Virus record (IMG/VR): IMGVR_UViG_3300042485_001470
Location: 1-64,000 of that record
From: a virus
Reading direction: 5' to 3' (one strand)
DNA: 64,000 nt
Shown: piece after piece, positions 51,599-59,900 of the stretch
How positions within the stretch are numbered: the first letter of the stretch is position 1
How the letters are laid out: the number at the start of each line of letters is the position of its first letter
Notes under the pieces: model-generated
Seen by the model: only the letters and a program-made list of their open reading frames with translations
Told to the model about the DNA's origin: nothing
Databases searched by the model: none
Made by a program: the position numbers and the translations under genes

Positions 51599-51886
51599 AT
51601 GAGTAGATACGAAAATAATCCTATTAAAAAAACTTTTGATGGTAAAGAAGTATATAGAAGAAAAATATATCCAAATATTCCGTTAAAAGATACCGATGTA
51701 TATGTAATGACGGAAACTGGTGACAGATTGGATACATTGGCATTTCAATATTATGAAGATTCATCATTATGGTGGATAATTGCCGCAGCAAATAATATAC
51801 ACGATGCCCCTATGGGATTGCAAGATGGTACTATACTAAGAATACCATTAAACTATATTCAAATAAACAGTAATTTTATAAAATAA
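51599..51886 (+). CDS. LysM-type baseplate protein (gp53/P2 gpX-like)
   Basis: GDRLDTLAFQYYEDSSLWWIIAAANNI...G.ILRIP. Confidence 0.85.
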   Translation: MSRYENNPIKKTFDGKEVYRRKIYPNIPLKDTDVYVMTETGDRLDTLAFQYYEDSSLWWIIAAANNIHDAPMGLQDGTILRIPLNYIQINSNFIK

Positions 51887-51889
51887 TTT

Positions 51890-54169
51890 ATGTCAAGTTT
51901 TCCTAATTTATCAAATTTAGCGGGTTATGTAAAATCTGCATTAGATAGAAGAATTGGTAATGTTCAAAATGTATCACAATTAAATGCTTGGGTTAGAGTA
52001 TCTTCTGGTGTTGGTGGGGGACTTATGTTATTATCTAATCCCAATTTTGCATTATTTAGAGCAGCTGGTGAAGGTTCTATCTATGGGGATGGTAAATCAA
52101 GTGGTACTTTGGGAACTAGTTGGGGCGGTGCAGCAATTTATGCGGAAACAAGTGATTCTGGATTTAGACCTAAACCAAATATTACATCAATCGAAATCGA
52201 TGAGGGAGCTGGTACATTAAGTAGAAAAGCATCGTTTACCATAACATGCTACACTAAAGGACAATTGGATACTTTGTGTGAATATTTTTTAGAACCGGGA
52301 TATTCTATTTTTTTAGAATGGGGTTGGAATGTACCTGAATCACTAAAAGCATACAGTTCCACATTAAATTCTACTACGGTAGCAAATTTTCAAAGTTTTA
52401 AAAAAGTAAATGAAGCAAGAGCAAATTCAAAAGGTACTTATGATAACTATTTGGGATTTATAACCGGAGGCGGTATTTCATCTAATGGGGATACTTATGA
52501 AATATCTGTTAAATGTACTGGATTCACAGAACTACCTGCATATTTTATGGGAGCCGATAATTCAGAAGATTCGGAAAATGAGGAAAAAATAACAGAACCA
52601 GAATATAGTACTGCACAAATATCAGCTGAAACTAATTTGGGTAAAAAAAGATTTATGATGGCTTTTAATAGATTGCCATCGAATAGAAGAACTACTAGAG
52701 TATCATCTCTAATAGTAAACCCATTGGTAGCAAACCCTTCTAATTTTATAAATGTTGATGAAACTGTAAAGGCAAAAGTAAATGAATGTGTTGGTGGAAC
52801 TGAATTGCTTGGAATATCAATAAATGATGAAGAAGCAAATGTAGGTGGAGTGACTCAAGAATTCCCATCAGGAACGGAAATTATAAAAGATGAATCCTTT
52901 ATACGATTTGGTACTTTAATGGAAATACTTAATCAAATTGGTATGGAAGGGTTTATGATAGGTGGGAAGGTAATAAAAACCACAATAAACACAAAAACCA
53001 CAGTTTGTTGTGCATTTCCAAAAATATTTAGTACTGATAAGAAAAAACTATTTATACCAAATAAAACCGCTCCTTTATTCGATTTAGTTAAAGCAGCAAA
53101 TAGTCCAACTGATAATGGTGTAAGTGATGCGGCAACAGATGATTGTTCTGTAGTTAATGTAAATGATTCAGCCAATCTAATTATGTTTCCAGCAGCAGGA
53201 ACGATAGCAAATGGTATTGCTAATGGTAAGGTTGTTGTTAGTAATAAAATAGATGGTTCATTTGAAGCATTGACTAAACCAAATGGGCAGTGGGGGTTTT
53301 TGGATGACCTTTATGTAAATTTAGATTTTGCAAAAGGGGTATTAGAAACCAAAAACTTTTCTATAAGAAATGCATTATATCAAATATTAAATGGAATGTC
53401 AGCAGCGGCTGGAGGTCTATGGGATTTTCAAATAATGTCTGATGAGGATGATACAGAATTAAGAGTTGTTGATATGAATTTAACACCAACTGGTGTACAA
53501 GAGCCATATCAATTTATATTGGCTGGAGTTAATTCTATTTTTATAGATGCATCATTGGATATGGATATTAGTGGTGCAAAGATGAATCAAATAATTGGTA
53601 ATAGATTAGGACAGACAATTAATGGAAGTCAAAAAGATGTTAAATCAAAAGATAAAAAAGGACTATTTACCAATAAAGATGACCAAATTTTAAAAGAAAT
53701 AAAAAAAAGGGAAGAACCACCTCCACCAAAAGATGCTACGCCACCTGAAGGTCCTACTGATGATGAACTTGAAGAAGCAAAAATCAAAAACTTACAATTG
53801 TTTTTAGATAAAATTGGATTGATGCCTAGACCACATCTTGATGATAAATACCCATTTGAGGCAGACTTGAAAAAAAGTGTGTTTACAGTCGCATATAATG
53901 ACCAAGCAGTTTTTGAATTTTTCAAAAATCAAAACGATAAAAAGGCAGTACAAACTGAACCAGGTGGAGTTGGACCTATTATGCCAATTAAATTTACATT
54001 TACAATACATGGATTGAGTGGTATTAAGAGAGGTGATAAATTTAAAGTATTGGGATTACCTAAAAATTATGAATCAACTGGGTTTTTTCAAGTAACATCC
54101 GTTAAACATACGATAACCGATATGTTATGGAAAACTGATATAGAAGGAAGCTTTAGACAATCAAGATAA
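51890..54169 (+). CDS. Baseplate hub protein (gp27/P2 gpD-like)
   Basis: RKASFTITCY...LEPGYSIFLEWGW; C-terminal FTIHGLSGIKRGDKF....LP..Y...GFFQVTSVKHTI....WKT. Confidence 0.7.
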   Translation: MSSFPNLSNLAGYVKSALDRRIGNVQNVSQLNAWVRVSSGVGGGLMLLSNPNFALFRAAGEGSIYGDGKSSGTLGTSWGGAAIYAETSDSGFRPKPNITSIEIDEGAGTLSRKASFTITCYTKGQLDTLCEYFLEPGYSIFLEWGWNVPESLKAYSSTLNSTTVANFQSFKKVNEARANSKGTYDNYLGFITGGGISSNGDTYEISVKCTGFTELPAYFMGADNSEDSENEEKITEPEYSTAQISAETNLGKKRFMMAFNRLPSNRRTTRVSSLIVNPLVANPSNFINVDETVKAKVNECVGGTELLGISINDEEANVGGVTQEFPSGTEIIKDESFIRFGTLMEILNQIGMEGFMIGGKVIKTTINTKTTVCCAFPKIFSTDKKKLFIPNKTAPLFDLVKAANSPTDNGVSDAATDDCSVVNVNDSANLIMFPAAGTIANGIANGKVVVSNKIDGSFEALTKPNGQWGFLDDLYVNLDFAKGVLETKNFSIRNALYQILNGMSAAAGGLWDFQIMSDEDDTELRVVDMNLTPTGVQEPYQFILAGVNSIFIDASLDMDISGAKMNQIIGNRLGQTINGSQKDVKSKDKKGLFTNKDDQILKEIKKREEPPPPKDATPPEGPTDDELEEAKIKNLQLFLDKIGLMPRPHLDDKYPFEADLKKSVFTVAYNDQAVFEFFKNQNDKKAVQTEPGGVGPIMPIKFTFTIHGLSGIKRGDKFKVLGLPKNYESTGFFQVTSVKHTITDMLWKTDIEGSFRQSR

Positions 54170-54170
54170 T

Positions 54171-54542
54171 ATGTTAGATATTAACCGATATAAAAAAATA
54201 AATAGTCCTGATGTACTTTATGATAGTATAAAGATAAAAACTCATGTGGCAACACCAACCCAAACCGATTATAAAAGAGGGTATATTACAAGATATTTCA
54301 TACAAAAAGCAAATGATACCGAATCAGCTATATATGAAGTTGATTATATAGGGTTTAGTAAATTTATAGACAACCCATTTTATACACATGTAAATTTAAA
54401 TTGGAGAATAATTGGTACTGATGAACAAATAAAAGATTCAAATTTTAAAGCAATACGTTTATTAACTCCAAAAATACCAAAACTTCAACTATATCTTCCA
54501 AACTTATTGCAGTTTAAGCAAAAAAATGATTTGGAAGTTTAA
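54171..54542 (+). CDS. Hypothetical protein (baseplate-associated)
   Basis: PTQTDYKRGYITRYF...IYEV...LNWRIIG. Confidence 0.6.
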   Translation: MLDINRYKKINSPDVLYDSIKIKTHVATPTQTDYKRGYITRYFIQKANDTESAIYEVDYIGFSKFIDNPFYTHVNLNWRIIGTDEQIKDSNFKAIRLLTPKIPKLQLYLPNLLQFKQKNDLEV

Positions 54543-54561
54543 TTATTTTTTTGTATATTTG
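54530..54561 (+). promoter_or_regulatory. Bacteroidota primary-sigma promoter for tmRNA
   Basis: TTTG (54530-54533), 20-nt spacer, TATATTTG (54554-54561) match the -33/-7 consensus TTTG/TAnnTTTG. Confidence 0.75.
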
Positions 54562-54574
54562 TATTTATCAATAT

Positions 54575-54960
54575 GGGGGTGACTCGGAATTGATTACAAT
54601 GAGAATTGTAGTATCACATGTAGTGGGATGGTTCTCCAACCACTTTAATCTCGGAATCAACAAATAAACGCAGAAGAATTATCTTCTTGGACCTTCGAAG
54701 ATGCTATGGCATTCGTAGGTGCTGATTACGCTGTAGCAGCCTAATCAAACTCGGGTCGGTGCACATATAACCTAGGAACAGAAGTGTTTACAAAGGCTTT
54801 ATTCGTTGAGCCCAAATCAATGAATTGGTGGAAACGCTGAACTAACCATTCGGCCCCAATTATTTTGGAAAGTGAATAAGATTAAACTTTATCCTAAACA
54901 TGTGAGACGTTGGTATTATGGTTACTTTGTAAGACATGGGTTCGAATCCCATCACCTCCA
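54575..54960 (+). ncRNA. ssrA: tmRNA; tag frame 54670..54744 encodes (A)AEELSSWTFEDAMAFVGADYAVAA*
   Basis: 5' GGGGGTG pairs with 3' CACCTCC including the G3:U70 alanine determinant; discriminator A; T-arm ATGGG-TTCGAAT-CCCAT; ATAAAC-GCA resume context; tag ends YAVAA; CCA not encoded (CAA). Confidence 0.93.
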
Positions 54961-54964
54961 CAAC

Positions 54965-55002
54965 AATCCCGAACTATTATTTGGTAGTTTGGGATTTTTT
55001 TT
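54965..55002 (+). terminator. tmRNA terminator overlapping the next promoter
   Basis: AATCCCGAACTA...TAGTTTGGGATT hairpin plus T run. Confidence 0.75.
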
Positions 55003-55011
55003 GTATATTTG
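54980..55011 (+). promoter_or_regulatory. Bacteroidota primary-sigma promoter for the polymerase gene
   Basis: TTTG (54980-54983), 20-nt spacer, TATATTTG (55004-55011), ATG at 55017. Confidence 0.75.
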
Positions 55012-55016
55012 TGAAT

Positions 55017-56297
55017 ATGAAAATTGTTGAGTCTATTGGCGAATTGAACGAATTGAAAGTTTTGTTGGAAACCGAAGTATCCATTTGGTATCCAATATGG
55101 GTAGATAATGATAAGCACCCACAAAACACTCATATATCGTTCGTATTCGTTAGAACCTTATCGGACAAGTACATACTACCACAACAACATACAGACGCTG
55201 TATCGCTATCTAATGAACAAATAGAAAGTGTGTTGAATACTGCCGGTGAAAAATGGGTTTTCCAAAAGAAAAAGCTACTACAATCTTTTACAAATGTAAG
55301 GGAAGGCTTGAATGATGTTGATACCGCTCACTTCTTAAAGACCGGTGAACCAATAGATTACTCTCAACCACTACAACACTTAGTAGCTCCCCTTTTACAT
55401 AGGGGTTACAAAGAAGACATCATTCAATCTATTCCCATTCTTAAACTTGCGGAAGCAATAGAACCACAATTACTAAAACATACAAATCAAAAGAGTAAAA
55501 CTTATAATTGGTATAACGATATATTCTTACCTACCCTTTCAGATATTGAACGATTTGGGATTCGGGTCGATGGAAAAAAATTTATTGATAGATGGCCTCA
55601 AGCCTATAAGCAATTAAAAGGAGATTGTGTGTTTACGGAATACAATCCATTTACGGTGACAGGTAGACCATCCAATAGACATGGTGGTGTGAATTATGCC
55701 GCCCTCAATAAAACCGATGGTAGTAGAGATGTGTTCGTTTCCGATGGGATATTTCTACAAATGGATTATAACGCATATCACCCCCGTCTAATCGCTAAGT
55801 TGGTTAAGTTCGATGCGCCGGATGGTAATATGCACCAATGGTTAGCCGAACAATATGGTTGTAGTGTGGATGAATCGAAGGGAATTACGTTCCAATTACT
55901 TTATGGTGGTATCGATGATGAGTTCCGCCAAATCCCATACTTTGATAAAGTGGCTGATTATATAGATGAGTTGTGGATTGAAACACAAAGAAGGGGATAC
56001 TTACAAACACCACATAGAGAGATACCCCTAAGTTGGATAGAACAACCAAATGCTCAAAAAGTATTTAACTATCTACTACAAGCGGTAGAAACTGAAATGA
56101 ATATTGATAAGATGATGAAGATATTAGAATGTATTAAGGGAAGTGGTATTGAGTTTTCCCTATACACATACGATTCATTTCTTTTTGATGTTCCTGTTGA
56201 TGTTGATAAAGGGCTTATTAAGAAATTGAAAGAAATAATCGAAGAAGGGGGGTTTCCTATCAAAGCTAGTTGGGGAAAAACTTACGGAAAACTCTAA
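55017..56297 (+). CDS. Short divergent family A DNA polymerase (426 aa)
   Basis: TVTGRPS, motif A MDYNAYHPRL, motif B KGITFQLLYG, NYLLQAVE, motif C TYDSFLFD; start moved from 54936, which lies inside the tmRNA. Confidence 0.8.
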   Translation: MKIVESIGELNELKVLLETEVSIWYPIWVDNDKHPQNTHISFVFVRTLSDKYILPQQHTDAVSLSNEQIESVLNTAGEKWVFQKKKLLQSFTNVREGLNDVDTAHFLKTGEPIDYSQPLQHLVAPLLHRGYKEDIIQSIPILKLAEAIEPQLLKHTNQKSKTYNWYNDIFLPTLSDIERFGIRVDGKKFIDRWPQAYKQLKGDCVFTEYNPFTVTGRPSNRHGGVNYAALNKTDGSRDVFVSDGIFLQMDYNAYHPRLIAKLVKFDAPDGNMHQWLAEQYGCSVDESKGITFQLLYGGIDDEFRQIPYFDKVADYIDELWIETQRRGYLQTPHREIPLSWIEQPNAQKVFNYLLQAVETEMNIDKMMKILECIKGSGIEFSLYTYDSFLFDVPVDVDKGLIKKLKEIIEEGGFPIKASWGKTYGKL

Positions 56298-56303
56298 AGA
56301 ATA

Positions 56304-56311
56304 TATTTATA
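56304..56311 (+). promoter_or_regulatory. Putative late-promoter motif TATTTATA
   Basis: 25 nt upstream of ATG 56337. Confidence 0.6.
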
Positions 56312-56336
56312 CTATATACAAAAATAGTGTCATAAT

Positions 56337-56939
56337 ATGAAAAAAATCAGTACCCTTATCGGTTTCCTACTTGTTTCTTTAATTTCGTTTGGGCAAGATG
56401 TTAGAATTAAAAACGAAGTATTTGAAGTTCTTTATTCACAATCATTAGAACAACCTTTAGTAATTAAATATCGTTCAACTAATAGACCTACAAATGTGAA
56501 CAGAGGTACTATGGATTTTTACAAAGAACCAAACATTAAAACATCAGATGCGGAAGATTACGCTAAAAATATATACGATAAAGGACATGGTGCACCAGCT
56601 GCAACATTCTCTGATAATATGGTAAACCTAAAACAAACATTCTCATACTTAAATTGTATAATGCAAGACCAATACCTTAATAGAGGTGAGTGGAGATTGT
56701 TAGAAGAACAAATCCGTAAATGGGATGATACTGAAAATATAACTGTACTAATAAAAACATTCTTTGATACTCCAGTAAAAAGAGTGGCAACTGGAGCAGC
56801 AATTCCATCTTACTTACAAAAACACATCTATTTTGAAACACAAAAGAAATGGAGATGTTATGTATTTCTAAATCAAAAACCAAAATTTCATTGGGATGAA
56901 TTAGAAATGATATGCGAAGCTGAAGACCACAAATTTTAA
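56337..56939 (+). CDS. Secreted DNA/RNA non-specific endonuclease (NucA/Serratia-type His-Me finger)
   Basis: Signal peptide MKKISTLIGFLLVSLISFG/Q; YDKGHGAPAA, TF.YLN...Q...LNRGEWRLLE. Confidence 0.85.
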   Translation: MKKISTLIGFLLVSLISFGQDVRIKNEVFEVLYSQSLEQPLVIKYRSTNRPTNVNRGTMDFYKEPNIKTSDAEDYAKNIYDKGHGAPAATFSDNMVNLKQTFSYLNCIMQDQYLNRGEWRLLEEQIRKWDDTENITVLIKTFFDTPVKRVATGAAIPSYLQKHIYFETQKKWRCYVFLNQKPKFHWDELEMICEAEDHKF

Positions 56940-59900
56940 TGAATATGAATTTATCTGAATTAATAAACGAAATACTATCCGAATGGGCATATAGAGTTGA
57001 AAATGGTATGCCTGACCCAAAGAACCCAACCCATTTAAAGGAGTTGGGTATTGTACTTTCTGAAATGGGATTATCTCATATCAAAGATACATTGGTTGAA
57101 AACCTTTTGGTGGAAACGGGAAAAACTCCACAAAAAGTTGTTGAAGCTGAAAAGGGTAACTTTACAAATCCTGCTCTTAATAAATCTATTAAGTATAAAA
57201 ATGATAAAGGTGAAGATAAGGAAGGATTGGTTGGTAACCTGTTAAGATTACCAAAAGAGCATCCTGGTAGAAAAGCAGCGGAAGCAACATTACCTGCCGA
57301 TGGTACGCCGGAAAGAGATTCTATTAATAAAGATTTGGGTGGGGAAGGTCAACCTAAAAAGCCTGAAGATGGAAAGGGCAAAGAAGGTGGAGAATCAGGT
57401 GGTGGAGAAGATGAAAAAATGAAACAAGCGGCGGCAATGTTTGACCCAAAAGTAGACCCAGCTATGGCTGCTAGAATGAATAAAGAAAAAGAAGTTCAAG
57501 CTCAATTAGCAAAAGATGCTGAAGCACAAAACGAACCACCCCCAACTCCAAAAAACCAAACAACAAACAAACAATTAGCAAAAGCAGCTGGATTTGATAA
57601 TGTTGGTAGTTGGTATAATGACCTTAATAAGAAAGCAATGTCTGATGATCCTGAAGTGGCATCAAAGGCGGAAAAAGATTTAGATACATACGAAAAAAAT
57701 AAAGTAAAAGATGCTCAATCAACTGATGATTTTAATCCAATAGATAGTAAGGATGTAGCAAAAGAAATGCCACAAGCTGACCCAGAAACATTTGGAGGAG
57801 ATAGTGATATACCGGATGGTATAGAACCTGAACAATTGCAAAAATTCAATACTGATATTAGTAAAGTAGCACAGCAAGTAGCTGATGCAAAGGCTAAAGG
57901 AGAACCAGCACCAAACATTAACTTATGTGATGTGACTGTTCCTGGTACTAACTTATATTGTGATGATAATTTGGGTATTCCAAGAGACCAAATGCCACAA
58001 TTCAAAGGTACTGCTCAACCTGGTAGTAGAGCAGCTGGAATGGATGTGGATGCAAGTGGTGAGGTAGACACTGAACCTGTATTCAAAGAAATGTTAAAAG
58101 AGAAAGGTATTAAGACATTACAAACGGAAATACCTGCTGATAAATTAAAAGCAACTCAGCAAGATTTAGTTGGTGCAAAAGTAGTTGGTATGATGGGTGT
58201 TTTAAAAGACCCAAATCACCCAGCTTTTGAAAAAATTACCGCACCAATATATGTGAGTAGGGATGGTCACGTAATTGATGGACATCACCGTTGGGCGGCA
58301 ATCGTAGCTCATAATGCAGCAAATCCAGACAATCAAATACCAATGAAAACAACGGTATTGGATATGGATATTAAAGATGCAATTCCAATGGCGAATAAGT
58401 TTGCAGAAGATATGGGTATTGCGGCTAAGAAAGCAGATGCAAATAAAGAAGCACCAACCGAACAACCATCAGAACCAGCAAAAAGAGAACCTGCCAATAA
58501 TGATCCTGAATCTAAAGCACAGCAATTTAAAGGAAAATCATCTGGTGAAAATATCCAAACAATGGAAATGGAAGGTGGTGGATTCGTATATGGAACGAAG
58601 CACGGAAACACCGCAATGGTTGATGATATATTAGATGATGTTAAATCTAAAATACCAAAAGAAAGATGGAAGGATGTTGTATTCGTAGGTGAGGGAGGTG
58701 CAACTGGTGATAGTGGTGAAGTGGAATTTAACGATGAAATGGATTACGCAGCTCCAAAGTTCAAAGAAATGGGTGCTGGTGTGGATACATGGGATGGTGA
58801 TGATATGGATGTACATAATGACCAATCTAAATTATACCAAAAGCAAAAAGAAAAAACTGGATTTAACGATTCTCAAGTTAAAGCTGGTAACTGGGCTAGT
58901 ATGATTGGGCAGGGAGAAGGTACTGATACAATGTCACCAAACGATTATTTAGATGATGAAGGTAAACAATTCTTAAGTGATGCTGCAAAAGAGGCTGGAT
59001 TCCCACCAATAGAAAATTGGAATGAACCAACCGAACAGGATAAAGATACTCTTTATAGATTATCATTCCCAGAAGATAATGGTGATAAACCAACAAAGAT
59101 AAATGATATTCAAGTTGCATTTAATGATGCAAGAGATGAAAATTTAATTGAAAAGAATAAAGAACTAACTGCACAGGGTAAAATACCTATTACGATTGCA
59201 GGTGAGAGTCATGTTGACTTAGTCGATAAAATGACAAGAAAACAAAAAGGAGCATCAAGCGAAAAATTACCTGAACCAGAAGCCCCATCAGAAGAAGATG
59301 GTGGTGTTGTATATAGTGTGGGTGGTGGATATTATTCGGATAAGCCTGATGGGCCTGCACAATATGTGGCAACTGAAAATGTAATTCAAAAAGTATTAAT
59401 TGAAGGTGATATTAATTTTTCTTATTTATTGTTTGAAGCAGCAGTAACTAAAAAAACTTCTAAAGGTAAGGTTGTAAAATTAAGAACAATCAAACCAAAA
59501 GACCAAAATAAAGCAACTGCAGCAGCTGCGGCAGCAAAACCACAGCCACCTGCTAAAATTGTACCACCGGGAGTAAAACAAAAACCACCGGTTATCGCAC
59601 CACCAGAGGTAAAACCAAAATCACAAGCACCTGCTAAAATTGTACCTCCTGGTGTAAAACCAAAGGCATCAGTTCCACCTCCACCACCGCCTCCACCGCC
59701 GCCACTTCCTAAGAAGAAAGCAGGAGCTGTGCCACCTCCACCGCCACCTCCGCCACCAACGGTGAAGAAAGCAGGAGCTGTGCCACCGCCACCGCCACCA
59801 CTTCCTACGAAAAAAGCAGGAGCTGTGCCGCCTCCACCGCCACCTCCGCCACCAACGGCGAAGAAAGCAGGAGCTGTACCACCTCCACCGCCACCTCCTC

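Noticed and set aside
54930-54960. Stand-alone tRNA or prophage attachment-site remnant
   Set aside because: The T-arm and acceptor pair with 54575-54581 as part of a full tmRNA; no integrase or duplicated 3' end seen
54936-55016. ORF-track N-terminal extension of the polymerase
   Set aside because: Overlaps the tmRNA T-arm, terminator and promoter; ATG 55017 is the plausible start
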